DNA of 64,000 nucleotides from positions 1 to 64,000 of the IMG/VR virus record IMGVR_UViG_3300012979_000039; one strand, given 5' to 3'. The position numbers and the translations under genes are program-made. Source of the DNA: a virus (lineage: Duplodnaviria; Caudoviricetes). The notes beneath the pieces were generated by a model. That model was given only the letters and a program-made list of their open reading frames with translations. It was not told the origin of the DNA and searched no databases. This document shows positions 37,953-48,536 of this stretch, one piece after another. Within the stretch, counting starts at the first letter, position 1. Every line of letters starts with the position of its first letter.

Positions 37953-40900
37953 TAGAGATTTATACAAATACAGGTGAACTGCTGATTGAGACCGATGTGC
38001 TTGACAGTTCAAGTTCATACCGTTCCATTGACGGCAGGCACGAACTGACGCTCAAGTTCTCGCTTGAAAGCCACAAGGACATCCCTATCGGCTCATGGTG
38101 CATGTTCAAGGATGCGAGGTTCGAGGTGATGTCACACGCTGATGTGACCATGAGGAACACGAAGCATTACGAATACTCCGTCCTATTCAAGTCGGATTTC
38201 GGTCTGCTGTCAAGGTTCAAGATAGCCAATCCCGTAGACGGAAGGCTGTCTTTCGACATGGTGGCCAAGCCTCATGAGTTCGTTGAACTGATCGTCAGCA
38301 ATCTCAACGGAAGGGACGAGGGATGGTCTGTCGGAGAGTGCATCAATTCAGCCGAGAAACTTGTGTCTTTCAGCCACACCTCATGCGAGGAGGCCCTTAT
38401 ATCGGTGGCGGAGACCTTCGAGACCGAATACGAGGTTGTCGGCAAGACCATATCTCTTAAAAAGGTGGAGTACAACAAGGAAACGCCACTTGCACTTGAA
38501 TACGGCAAGGGAAAGGGCTTCCGTCCCGGCATAGGAAGAGGCAACTTCGAGGACGGGCTGCCTACGCACAGGATGTTCATAGAGGGCGGAGACAGAAACA
38601 TATCGTACAAGGATTACGGCTCGGAGACGCTTCATCTTCCGAAGTCGTATTATTTCCTGTTTGATGGTGAAAAGTTCGACGGAGAGGAAGGCTTCGATGC
38701 CGCAAAGGCAAAGTCATTCGCAACCGATGAGAACGGCTACTCCGTCTTTCTTACGGAAGGAAAGGGAGGCAAGGAGGACAGCATAGATGTCACCGAGATA
38801 TATCCGAGCAGGGTAGGAACCGTAAGTGCCGTGGTGTTCAACCTTCGTACCGACAAGTTCGATGAACCGCAGGAGGGATGGACGGAAGAGGATTGGAACA
38901 ATGTGCAGGTGGATATCGTTGATGACACGATACCGGAAGAACTCGATTTCAAGCAGTGTCTGATAGGGAACGACCCGCTTACAGTCATATTCCAGTCAGG
39001 AGAACTCTCTGGAAGGGAGTTTGACGCATCGTTCATCAAGAGCGGGAATGTCTTTGAACTGGAAAAGCAGGAGTATAGCGGACTGCCGATGCCCCAGGGA
39101 TTGTTCATCCCAAAGAAAGGCGACACATACGCCGTTTTTAACGTGTTTTTGCCAGAGTCATATATATCCAACCCATCCACCCATTCAGGTGCTGAGTTCG
39201 ACGCTTTAAGGGCGGCTACAAGGTCCTTATACGACAAGTCGGAGCAGAAGTTCACATTCAAAGGAGAACTTGACCCTATCTTTACGAAGAAGGACTGGGT
39301 CAACATCGGTGGTAAGATAAAGATAGGCGGTTATGTGTCGTTCACCCACAAAGGTCTGCTTCCTGACGGTCCTGCACTTGTAAGGATAGTCGGAATCACC
39401 CAGAGCGTGAACAACCCGTATACTCCGAAGATAGAACTGTCGAACATGACTCATCGTGGCTCCGTATCCTCACGAATCAATCAGATTGAGAACAGCGAAG
39501 CCCATGTCGATGAATTGCACAAGACGGCAAAGAGATATACGAAGGTGCGTTTCGCTGATGCGTTGAGAAGCATATCGATGCTTGAAGAGGCATTCGGAAA
39601 GGGCTTCACGGAGTCGGTGAGGCCTGCTACCGTACAGACCATGATGATGCTTGTCGGAGACGAGAGCCTTCAGTTTATGTTCGTCGAGTCTATGGATTCC
39701 ATGACACAGGTCGCTCATTCCGAATATTTCGACACAGAGACAAGGTCATTCAAGTGTGATGAGGGATTCCTCAAACACATGACACTCGGAATCAAGGAGT
39801 TGCATAGCGGATATGACCAGAACTACCGTTGCTGGTCCATTCCTGCCTACGAGAGTGCCGTGCTTACGGATGAGGCGGCGGAATACTATGTATATGCTTC
39901 CGTAGAAAGGGACGGCAGCAATGGCGAGTTCCGTCTTGAATCAAGTCCGATAGACATGTATGAGGTGGATGACAGATACTATCTCCTGCTTGGTCTGTTG
40001 CTGGCTGAAAGCGACGGTTCAAGGAGTTACATGCCTCTGTACGGATTCACACAGATTCTTCCGGGACAGATAACGACAGATGTCATAAGAAGTGCAGACG
40101 GCGAAACTTACTTCGATCTTGTTAAGGGACTCATAGGAGGAAGGATACAGTTCGCTTCCGGCTCGTCCGGCCTTGATAACCTTGACGAGTGGGCTAACAA
40201 GCAGTCACAGATAGACAAGGCGTTGAAGGACGCTGAGGAAGCCGCTGCGTCAGCAGCACTGGCAGAGAGTTCGGTAGGCAACCTTGACACCAAGATTACC
40301 GACATTGAGAACGGAGTCAACAAGAGCATCAAGGAAATCAATCAGAAACTTGACGGAGTGGTCGAGAGTTACTTCGATGACTACACCCCATCAAGAAGCA
40401 ATCTTCCCGCAAGCGAGTGGATTGCCAATGAGACAGAAGAGGAGCATGTAGGAGATACTTTCACGAACACAGCTCTTGAAGGTGACGATGTAGGTAAGTC
40501 ATGGAGATGGCTTCTCCAGAGTGACGGCACATACGACTGGCAGCAGATTGCCGATTCGGACGCAGCGAAGGCACTTGCACTTGCGGGACAGGCTCAGGCT
40601 ACGGCAGACGGAAAGAGCAGGACCTTCCTTGTAAAGCCGAGCAACTATTCCTACGGAGACCTTTGGATAGTCGGTTCGGATTATGTTCCGTCAGGATATA
40701 CTGTCGGTGACCTGTTGAGTGCCAACGATTCAAGTACCACATTTGTCGCTTCTCATTGGAAGAAGAAGGTGAAATATACCGATGACACGGCAGCCAATGC
40801 AGCTCAGGAAGCGGCTGACAATGCTGGTGCTATCGCGGAGGATGCGAAAAGTGCTGCGGAGGACGCACGTAGTGCTGCCGAGAAGGCTCAATCTATTGCT

Positions 40901-43900
40901 AACAAGGCCCAAGATGCTGCCGAACTTGCACAGACAGCAGCAGCCGAAGCAAAGAATGAGGTTCAGGAAGCGGCATCAGTTCTTGATGTCTGGGCGTCTG
41001 ACGATTATATCTCTCCGATGGAGCAGACCGTGCTGAGGGAACTTCTTGCACAGATAAAGTCCGAGTACACGCAGATAATCAACGACGCGGACAGATACGG
41101 AGTCAGCAAGACATCATACATGTCCGCTTACAATTCGGCAGTTACCGCTTTGGAGAAATATACCAAAGCCACTTCTGACGGTTCAAGCATAGTTGTTGGC
41201 AGCGACTATGCCAACATATCGGCTTACTATACAGCAAAGGCGACTATCCTTGACAAGATAGCATCAGAGGTAAAGGAAGAGGCGGACAAGGCAGTTGGAG
41301 ACGCGGAATCCGCAGCCGCCAGTGCCGCAGCAGCAGACGCAAAGGCCGCAGCAGCAGCCAGTGCCGCAGCCGCCGCCAATGCAGTTGCGGAGAATGCGAA
41401 GTCCATTGCAGACGCAGCAGCAGAAAACGCGAACAAAGCAATACAGGATTCGGAAGATGCCAAGGAGACGGCAAACAATGCCGCAAACATAGCCGGGAAT
41501 GCGGAGACACTGGCTGGGGAGGCACAAAGGATTGCTGATGAAGCCCAAGGCGTTGCTGATGAAGCCAAGCAGGACGCCCAGGATGCCCTTGCTGATGCTC
41601 AGGAGGCTCTTGCCAATGCCAACGATGCAAAGAACGACGCCACTTCCGCGAAGCAAATGCTTGAAGAACTGACGGCGGACGGAATGATAACACCTGTCGA
41701 GAAGCAGTCCTTGAAGAATGAACTGGCCCAGATCAATGCAGACTATGCCGATGTCAGGAACGAGGTAGACAAGTATGTCATTGACAACGAGACATCGCTC
41801 TGGAATGCGTTTGACAATGCGTATGACTTGTACAGGGAGGACCTTGAAAGTAAGATTAACGCCGGGGGCAGTGTAGAAGCAGGTAACATAACAGAGTTGC
41901 AGGTGGCCTATTATTCGGCAAGGACAGCCCTGCTGAATGCGATATATGTTGCTGCGAAGAAAGCGGCTGACGATGCACAACAGGCGGCTGACGATGCACA
42001 AAAGGCGGCCGATGACGCACAACAGGCTGCGGACGACGCAAAGAAAGCGGCTGGCGAAGCGGCTGAGCAGGCCCGTCAGGCATATGAATTGGCGAATACT
42101 ATTGATGCCGCCACCAAGACGCTTGATGCCAAGATTGGTGATGTGGAGACGGGTCTGCTTGAAGAAGTTGACGAAATCAACAAGAAACTTGACGGTGTTG
42201 TAGAGAACTACTTTGAGGAGGGAGCACCTGCTATTGACAAGTACCCGTCATCAGAGTGGGTGACAGACACAGACAAGAAGAACCACCTCGGAGACACATA
42301 CACGAACATCGAGGAGTATGTGGACAATGAGACAACTCCGGATGCCGGAAAGTCTTGGAGGTGGACCTACACGGATAGTGAGCATACTGGCTATCATTGG
42401 CATCCGATTGCTGACAGTGATGCGGTCAAGGCTCTTCTCGCCGCTTCCAAGGCTCAAACGGCCGCTGACGGAAAGTCCCGTACATTCGTTGATCAGCCGT
42501 ACCCGCCTTATTCCGTAGGCGACTTGTGGGTGCAGGGTGACGAAGGAGAAATAATGAAGTGTGTGCGTGCAAGAAGCGAAGGCTCATATGACGCTTCCGA
42601 TTGGGCGAAAGCCTCCAAGTACACAGATGACACGGTAGCCAATCAGGCGTTGGCGTTAGCGAATGAGGCCAAGAATGAGGCAGGGGATGCGAACAGTGCA
42701 ATTAACATTCTTGTCAGCACGACCCTTCCAGCATTGGAGGATGGAATAATCACGGAGGCTGAAAAGATAGCCATAGGCAAGTACATCAACATTGTAGAGA
42801 ATGAGATGAATGAAGTCACTGCTACCTATGACAAGTTGTCCGCTCACCCGTTGATTACTGATGTGGCAAAGTCCGCCCTGACAATTGCATACAACAATGT
42901 GAAGGTAGCTGTTCAGACTCTGATTAACGGAATCAATGGAGCCATTCTTGAAGAGCCTACGCATACTCCTGCCAATGTGGACTTCTTATATGACACCTAT
43001 AAGACAAAGTATGCTGCTTACAGCACAGCCATTGAGTCCGCGTATGCTGCCATTGAAGATGTTATCAACGGCAAGGCGGAGGAGGCAAAGGAAACCGCAG
43101 ATGCGGCGAAGGTTGCAGCGGATGCCGCCAAACTTGCTACGGATAACCTTGATGATGACACGAAGTTCACGGTAGCGGAGAAGAGGACATTGAGGAAAGC
43201 ACTCAAAGATATCAACACAAGCGAGACTGCAACGGTCAATCAGTTGATGTATGAGGTGACAGAAAGAAGCGTGGTCCTTGGCAATGCATGGAAGAAGATT
43301 ACCGACAAGGCGGACAACAACTATCGGTGGTATGTGTCAGACATGCACACAGCGTCTTCGGCTTCCATTACCAAGGTAGCCTTTACGGTCAACACCAAGT
43401 GTGATGTGAGGTTCAGACTGATGTCAAGAGCGGAAGGAAACTACGATTATGCCATGTTGAGCAAACTGGATACCACGCTTGCTTCAAGTGCCGTATATAA
43501 CTCCGCATCCGTAGTAGCTCATACGAGAGGCAAGCAGGGTACTATCGTCTATCACACCTTTGAGGATGTTGCTCCAGGAACCCACTTCGTGACCATAAGT
43601 TTCAGAAAGGACGGAAGCGGAAACACTGAGCCGGATAACGGCTACTACTATGTCGAGGACTTCGGCATGGATCCCGGAAGCCTCGGTGACTGGTATGGCC
43701 TTGTGTTGAGCAAGGGAATGAACGAAGCATTATGCGTACCTGCCGTCAATGCCGCCAACGCCCTGTTCAAGTATCTGTACGACAACGGAGTCTGGACGAA
43801 TGTCACCACAGATGTGGAGGACGGATTCAGGGAGAAGGTGTTCTCTCTGTTCCAAGACTATTACGCCGAGGTGGCAATCATTCTGAACGGAACTGCAACT

Positions 43901-44872
43901 GCGGATGTGGACTACCTTGCAAGTGCATTGAGGGACGGCCGTTCTATCATAGACGGTGGCCTCATGCTTTCAAGCCTCGTTGCTGTGTCCGATACGGCCA
44001 AGTCCTCTGACGCGGAGGTCGTCGGAGTGCTTAATGGCAGTTCCATGGCAAATGACGTTGAGTGCGGAAGGCTTGTGATGGCGCTCGGCATACCTACGGA
44101 GACTTCTGACGGAAACTCCGACTTTGAGGAAAGGATGAGGGAGGCCAACACCAAGATATATGAGAACGGAAAGATAGTGGTTGACGCTCCGAATGTAGGA
44201 GGAAGGTCCGTCATTGATGATAACGGATTCGTGTACTACGGAGTGGATACCAACGGTAATGTTTATCCTAAACTTGCACTTGGAAATACTTGCCAGGGAG
44301 CAGGAGGTGTGTTCTATGCTCAGGACGCTTCTACCTCATTCTGTGTCCCTACTGCATTGCTAGCTATAGGAAGTGAAACGACTTACGCATTTGTTGCCAC
44401 TGGCGGTAGGTCAATCTTTCAAGACGATGTAATCATAAATGCAAGCCTTCAATGTGATACATACAGCGGGGATAACGTATCTGTTTCTGCGAGAATGATG
44501 AGTGTCGAGGTGCCGGAAGGAATAAGCATAACAGACGGTTTCGTGTCCGGACTGAGAAGGAGGACACGAGTCATATCTTCTTCTGGCAGCACATCCGCAA
44601 GAACTCTGCTGACCGATCTTGATTATTCTGTGCTGATTACCTTGACCACGGGTACATGCTATCTCTCTCTCCCGTCAAGTCCGAAGGAGGGTCAGGAGTA
44701 TATCATTGAGTCAAAGGGAGCGGGCCTTAACCTTTCCTCTACGATGCCTGTGTATTCGCTGTATTCGGGAACGTCGGCTTACTCGGTGTTGCAGAGTTCT
44801 GGAAGGTGGTCGTTGAAGTTCACATGGTACAAGGGTCTGCATTGGGTAGTGACAATATTGTATAACAACTAA
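37949..44872 (+). CDS. large tail tip/central fibre protein
   Basis: 2307 aa; N-terminal Tal-like part (YGKGKG, P.IYPSR.GTV); duplicated W..IADSDA.KAL...ADGKSRTF...GDLW..KYTDDT modules; Ala-rich coiled coils. Confidence 0.75.
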   Translation: MIEIYTNTGELLIETDVLDSSSSYRSIDGRHELTLKFSLESHKDIPIGSWCMFKDARFEVMSHADVTMRNTKHYEYSVLFKSDFGLLSRFKIANPVDGRLSFDMVAKPHEFVELIVSNLNGRDEGWSVGECINSAEKLVSFSHTSCEEALISVAETFETEYEVVGKTISLKKVEYNKETPLALEYGKGKGFRPGIGRGNFEDGLPTHRMFIEGGDRNISYKDYGSETLHLPKSYYFLFDGEKFDGEEGFDAAKAKSFATDENGYSVFLTEGKGGKEDSIDVTEIYPSRVGTVSAVVFNLRTDKFDEPQEGWTEEDWNNVQVDIVDDTIPEELDFKQCLIGNDPLTVIFQSGELSGREFDASFIKSGNVFELEKQEYSGLPMPQGLFIPKKGDTYAVFNVFLPESYISNPSTHSGAEFDALRAATRSLYDKSEQKFTFKGELDPIFTKKDWVNIGGKIKIGGYVSFTHKGLLPDGPALVRIVGITQSVNNPYTPKIELSNMTHRGSVSSRINQIENSEAHVDELHKTAKRYTKVRFADALRSISMLEEAFGKGFTESVRPATVQTMMMLVGDESLQFMFVESMDSMTQVAHSEYFDTETRSFKCDEGFLKHMTLGIKELHSGYDQNYRCWSIPAYESAVLTDEAAEYYVYASVERDGSNGEFRLESSPIDMYEVDDRYYLLLGLLLAESDGSRSYMPLYGFTQILPGQITTDVIRSADGETYFDLVKGLIGGRIQFASGSSGLDNLDEWANKQSQIDKALKDAEEAAASAALAESSVGNLDTKITDIENGVNKSIKEINQKLDGVVESYFDDYTPSRSNLPASEWIANETEEEHVGDTFTNTALEGDDVGKSWRWLLQSDGTYDWQQIADSDAAKALALAGQAQATADGKSRTFLVKPSNYSYGDLWIVGSDYVPSGYTVGDLLSANDSSTTFVASHWKKKVKYTDDTAANAAQEAADNAGAIAEDAKSAAEDARSAAEKAQSIANKAQDAAELAQTAAAEAKNEVQEAASVLDVWASDDYISPMEQTVLRELLAQIKSEYTQIINDADRYGVSKTSYMSAYNSAVTALEKYTKATSDGSSIVVGSDYANISAYYTAKATILDKIASEVKEEADKAVGDAESAAASAAAADAKAAAAASAAAAANAVAENAKSIADAAAENANKAIQDSEDAKETANNAANIAGNAETLAGEAQRIADEAQGVADEAKQDAQDALADAQEALANANDAKNDATSAKQMLEELTADGMITPVEKQSLKNELAQINADYADVRNEVDKYVIDNETSLWNAFDNAYDLYREDLESKINAGGSVEAGNITELQVAYYSARTALLNAIYVAAKKAADDAQQAADDAQKAADDAQQAADDAKKAAGEAAEQARQAYELANTIDAATKTLDAKIGDVETGLLEEVDEINKKLDGVVENYFEEGAPAIDKYPSSEWVTDTDKKNHLGDTYTNIEEYVDNETTPDAGKSWRWTYTDSEHTGYHWHPIADSDAVKALLAASKAQTAADGKSRTFVDQPYPPYSVGDLWVQGDEGEIMKCVRARSEGSYDASDWAKASKYTDDTVANQALALANEAKNEAGDANSAINILVSTTLPALEDGIITEAEKIAIGKYINIVENEMNEVTATYDKLSAHPLITDVAKSALTIAYNNVKVAVQTLINGINGAILEEPTHTPANVDFLYDTYKTKYAAYSTAIESAYAAIEDVINGKAEEAKETADAAKVAADAAKLATDNLDDDTKFTVAEKRTLRKALKDINTSETATVNQLMYEVTERSVVLGNAWKKITDKADNNYRWYVSDMHTASSASITKVAFTVNTKCDVRFRLMSRAEGNYDYAMLSKLDTTLASSAVYNSASVVAHTRGKQGTIVYHTFEDVAPGTHFVTISFRKDGSGNTEPDNGYYYVEDFGMDPGSLGDWYGLVLSKGMNEALCVPAVNAANALFKYLYDNGVWTNVTTDVEDGFREKVFSLFQDYYAEVAIILNGTATADVDYLASALRDGRSIIDGGLMLSSLVAVSDTAKSSDAEVVGVLNGSSMANDVECGRLVMALGIPTETSDGNSDFEERMREANTKIYENGKIVVDAPNVGGRSVIDDNGFVYYGVDTNGNVYPKLALGNTCQGAGGVFYAQDASTSFCVPTALLAIGSETTYAFVATGGRSIFQDDVIINASLQCDTYSGDNVSVSARMMSVEVPEGISITDGFVSGLRRRTRVISSSGSTSARTLLTDLDYSVLITLTTGTCYLSLPSSPKEGQEYIIESKGAGLNLSSTMPVYSLYSGTSAYSVLQSSGRWSLKFTWYKGLHWVVTILYNN

Positions 44873-44879
44873 TCAGTTT

Positions 44880-45145
44880 ATGGAAAGGATATTAGGACAG
44901 AACTCGGTTCGACAAGGGATATAGGATTGAGCGGAGAACGGCATACACGGGAGTGACCATTGACGCACAGTAGCATGGGCACCTGCATTAACATAGAGGC
45001 AAAGAGGATAGGCGGTCCTATCTCCGTATCGGCTTGTTACGACAACACGCAGAGGCATCTCGGCAATGTGGAGACGTTGACCACCAAGGAGGAGGTGGAT
45101 GTATACGACTACACTACCGGCTATCCTGAAAAAATCACATTTTAG
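44880..45145 (+). pseudogene. truncated remnant of a tail-associated gene
   Basis: ATG at 44880 stops after 14 codons; a C-terminus typical of Bacteroidales tail proteins (SACYDNTQRHL...YDYTTGYPEKITF) lies in another frame. Confidence 0.45.
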
Positions 45146-45168
45146 TCAAACCTTTAAAATCAACGTAT

Positions 45169-45864
45169 ATGGAACTTACATTCAACAGAGACGGTGGCTC
45201 CTTCGTAGCGGAGTTTGTAGCCACAGCAGATTTCAACCTGCACATTGAGAAGTCCGGAGGAGATATCCGGATCATGCAGAAGACTACCGAGAACGGAAAG
45301 TACGATTCGATAGACGGTCTGTATATTCCGGCAGGAAACTCTGTCATAGACTATGATTTCGTGGCTTCGGTCTGGCCGAAGCACATCAAGATAGTCTCTG
45401 AGGTCGAACCGACTCTTGCGGTAGTAACCTCGGCAGGAGAGATAACTGAAATACTACCAGAAGAGCCAGGTACTTCTATTGACTCAGATAAGAATGTATA
45501 TATAAGCGGAATTGAAGAGACTGTTGCATATGAAGCCTATGCCACAGTTAATGTAGGGGAACCAGTACAATTGCTCGAATCATCTGGTGTAGGTGCTTAT
45601 GCAAACATGTATAACAACACTATTAATGTTTTCTTCAACAAGTACCCTTTAACTACCTACGATTATGGACGCCTTACCTTAAAGACAAAGATGGCCGGCT
45701 TGAAGTTGGTGTCACAAAACGGTGCTGAGACAGAATTTACCTACAATGCCGACACAGGTTTTTATGTGTCTAAGTTCTCTATGGGAGAGCCAACCTGTTA
45801 TTTCTCAGGCACAGTTCAGGATAGTACAGGTAAGATATTGTTCTACATAAAGTACGAAGAATAA
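45169..45864 (+). CDS. tail-associated hypothetical protein
   Basis: 231-aa ORF in the tail fibre region. Confidence 0.6.
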   Translation: MELTFNRDGGSFVAEFVATADFNLHIEKSGGDIRIMQKTTENGKYDSIDGLYIPAGNSVIDYDFVASVWPKHIKIVSEVEPTLAVVTSAGEITEILPEEPGTSIDSDKNVYISGIEETVAYEAYATVNVGEPVQLLESSGVGAYANMYNNTINVFFNKYPLTTYDYGRLTLKTKMAGLKLVSQNGAETEFTYNADTGFYVSKFSMGEPTCYFSGTVQDSTGKILFYIKYEE

Positions 45865-45867
45865 TTT

Positions 45868-47109
45868 ATGAACACAGTATTATTGAACACGGTGCATCTT
45901 GACGGTGCACCTATCGTAAAGAAAGTCTCTGGTGAGGGTGGTGGTAGTACCATCCTCAATCAGAGCAAGAGTGTAGAGATTACCGAGAACGGGAGTGTAT
46001 CGGTGACTCCAGATGCCGGATATACTGGCTTGAGCAAGGTGGATGTCAATGTAGATGTCCCCACTCAAGAAATTAGCAACCAAGACAAGGCAATAGACAT
46101 CGTTGAGAACGGCACTACTGAGATTGTAGCGGATGCAGGTTACACAGGTCTTGGGAAGGTATCCGTTAATGTCAATGTCGCTTCAAGCGGTGGTGGAAGT
46201 GGATGGACAGGTCACGCAGATGCGGAAGGCTTGAAGGCCATCGGTTGGACTGACGAGGATATTGCTTACTACCAAGAGCATGGTGTGAATTGGAATGCAG
46301 AGGATGACGAGTATCACAAAGTAACTGATGACAACAAGGCTTTGTATGGGGTGTTGACTGCGGATAATATACAAACCTACAAGGATAGGATTGTGTATCT
46401 TCCAAAGATTGATACGAGTGGTGTGACGAATACAACCAGCATGTTCTACAACTGCTATTCCCTTGTAAGTATTCCACAGTTGGATACAAGCAATGTGACG
46501 AATACAACCAGCATGTTCAACAACTGCTATTCCCTTGTAAGTATTCCACAGTTGGATACAAGCAATGTGACGAATACGAACAACATGTTCAACAACTGCT
46601 ATTCCCTTGTAAGTATTCCACAGTTGGATACAAGCAATGTGCGGGATATGCACCACATGTTCAACAACTGCTATTCCCTTGTAAGTATTCCACAGTTGGA
46701 TACAAGCAATGTGACGAATACGAACAACATGTTCTACAACTGCTATTCTCTCACATCAATTCTACAGTTGGATACAAGTAGAGTGACTTCTGCGGGTTAT
46801 ATGTTCTACAACTGCAACTCTCTCACATCAATTCTACAGTTGGATACAAGTAGAGTGACGAGTATGTATGGTATGTTCTATGGCTGCTTCTCTCTCACAC
46901 ATGCCAACCTTAAAGGTGTAGCAAAAGCATATCAGTTGAATAACTCCGCTCTTTTGAGCAAGGAATCCCTCCTCTATCTTATTGACAACGAGGCGGCAAC
47001 ATCGGCTATCACTATCAAACTCGCAGCCTACGCATACGAAAGACTTGCAGAGGATGCTGATGTAGTAGCGGCACTCGCTAATCATCCTAACATTTCAATA
47101 GCACAGTAA
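45868..47109 (+). CDS. receptor-binding/adhesin protein with DUF285/BspA-like repeats
   Basis: Seven 24-aa repeats (SIPQLDTSNVTNxxxMFxNCYSL); two N-terminal DAGYTGL.KV.VNV repeats. Confidence 0.8.
   Translation: MNTVLLNTVHLDGAPIVKKVSGEGGGSTILNQSKSVEITENGSVSVTPDAGYTGLSKVDVNVDVPTQEISNQDKAIDIVENGTTEIVADAGYTGLGKVSVNVNVASSGGGSGWTGHADAEGLKAIGWTDEDIAYYQEHGVNWNAEDDEYHKVTDDNKALYGVLTADNIQTYKDRIVYLPKIDTSGVTNTTSMFYNCYSLVSIPQLDTSNVTNTTSMFNNCYSLVSIPQLDTSNVTNTNNMFNNCYSLVSIPQLDTSNVRDMHHMFNNCYSLVSIPQLDTSNVTNTNNMFYNCYSLTSILQLDTSRVTSAGYMFYNCNSLTSILQLDTSRVTSMYGMFYGCFSLTHANLKGVAKAYQLNNSALLSKESLLYLIDNEAATSAITIKLAAYAYERLAEDADVVAALANHPNISIAQ
46400..46900 (+). repeat. 72-bp tandem coding repeats
   Basis: Near-identical TATTCCCTTGTAAGTATTCCACAGTTGGATACAAGCAATGTG cores at 72-bp period. 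Confidence 0.9.
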
Positions 47110-47110
47110 T

Positions 47111-47725
47111 ATGAAAGAGATAAAAGCAACAGAAGGTCATTACCTCTCACAGACGGGAGAGAATGGCGAAAGGATATATGTGACTGCTATCAAGGGTGCG
47201 AACATCAGCGAGTCCGATTGGAGAGATGCAAGTCAAGAGGAGCAGGAAGCATACACCGACCTTGATGGATGCAACAACTACGATGAACTCCTTGAAGTTA
47301 AGGAGCAGGTCGCTGACGAAACCAAGAAGGTCACTCGCAAAATCAACTACATCGGTCTGACAGACAACCAAGCACTCTCCGTAAAGGAACTCTATCCTAA
47401 ATGGGAGGACAAGGTGAACGCCACGATTGAAGAGGGATACATCACTCTCTACAATGACAACCTTTGGAGAGCAAGGCAGACACATACTGCTCTTGAAATC
47501 TATCCTCCGTCAATTGATACCGCTTCACTCTACGAAGTGATTGTCAAGACACACGAAGGAACGATGGAAGACCCAATCCCTTACACTCCTCCTATGGAGA
47601 TATACGAGGGCAAATACTATACGCAGTTCGATGTCCTCTACAAATGTACAAGGGATAGCGGAACGGCACTGACGCACGACCTCTTCGATTTGAGGGGAAT
47701 GTATGTTGAACTGATAGAGCAGTAA
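47111..47725 (+). CDS. tail accessory protein with small carbohydrate-binding-like modules
   Basis: LW.ARQ.HT...PS..TASLYE; DPIPY...MEI..GKYY.Q..VLYKC.RDSG. Confidence 0.6.
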   Translation: MKEIKATEGHYLSQTGENGERIYVTAIKGANISESDWRDASQEEQEAYTDLDGCNNYDELLEVKEQVADETKKVTRKINYIGLTDNQALSVKELYPKWEDKVNATIEEGYITLYNDNLWRARQTHTALEIYPPSIDTASLYEVIVKTHEGTMEDPIPYTPPMEIYEGKYYTQFDVLYKCTRDSGTALTHDLFDLRGMYVELIEQ

Positions 47726-47729
47726 TACA

Positions 47730-47948
47730 ATGAGCAGGATAATTTCATTCATCAAGGAATGGGCTTCGGTGATATTCTTCGCCGCCGAGGCTCTCCTACT
47801 GCTCTGTGCATTGATAGTGTGCATAGTGCAGATCGCTGCGAAGATAGGTGTGTTCATGGCGACATGCGGTGCATTCGGCTCCGGGGTGGCACTCGTCTCG
47901 GTAGTGCTTTGCATCTATTGGGACATTAAAGACAGGAGGGCAAGGTGA
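47730..47948 (+). CDS. small two-TM protein (holin/antiholin candidate)
   Basis: Two hydrophobic helices; in the lysis region. Confidence 0.5.
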   Translation: MSRIISFIKEWASVIFFAAEALLLLCALIVCIVQIAAKIGVFMATCGAFGSGVALVSVVLCIYWDIKDRRAR

Positions 47949-48340
47949 TGGAGTGGTACAACATCGTAATAGGAATCATTGCGGCCATCGGTGGAGTTGG
48001 TGGAATCATAGCCATCTATAAGGCCCGTCCAGAGAAGGAGGGAATCATCGTCAAGAACATGCGTGAGATGCTTGACGAGGCTCACAGACTCTACGAGGAG
48101 ATGAAGGCAGAAAAGAACTCCGTCAAGGAAGAGTTCAACGAGTACAAGGACGAGACCAACAAGAGGTTTGAGAAGGTCGAGGACAAGTTGGACAGAACGG
48201 AGGACACTGTGACTCAACTCAAAGGTGTTATCAACAGAGGCTACGGATGCCGCTATCCTGACAATCCCAGTGACTGCCCCGTCGTCAGAGAGTACGAAAG
48301 GATTAACTGCAAGGACTGTCCAGCAACGGAGGGGAACTGA
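47945..48340 (+). CDS. membrane-anchored coiled-coil lysis-region protein (holin-like)
   Basis: N-terminal TM, coiled coil, C-terminal Cys cluster. Confidence 0.55.
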   Translation: MMEWYNIVIGIIAAIGGVGGIIAIYKARPEKEGIIVKNMREMLDEAHRLYEEMKAEKNSVKEEFNEYKDETNKRFEKVEDKLDRTEDTVTQLKGVINRGYGCRYPDNPSDCPVVREYERINCKDCPATEGN

Positions 48341-48536
48341 CATGGGAAGGCTATCTACGAGACAAACGACAAGCAGTTGATTCCGTTGGATGACATTCAG
48401 CACATCAACGGAAGATACAACGAGGCATTGAAGGAGGGATTTCAGACCTTGACCATTCTATACAAGGATGGCCTCAAGGTCACTATCCCTGCAACGGAAT
48501 ATGAGAGACTATATAAATGTTGGGAGGCAAGAAGGA

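Noticed and set aside
41240-42070. GCC/GCA-rich and 21-bp repeats, and long antisense ORFs (41244-41693, 41264-42022)
   Set aside because: Explained by Ala-rich coiled-coil heptads of the tail protein; the antisense ORFs are shadows.
46400-46900. 72-bp repeats as a CRISPR array
   Set aside because: In-frame coding repeats without unique spacers.
45868-47109. Complete diversity-generating retroelement
   Set aside because: No reverse transcriptase, accessory gene or separate template repeat seen in the window; only the mutation pattern is kept as a finding.
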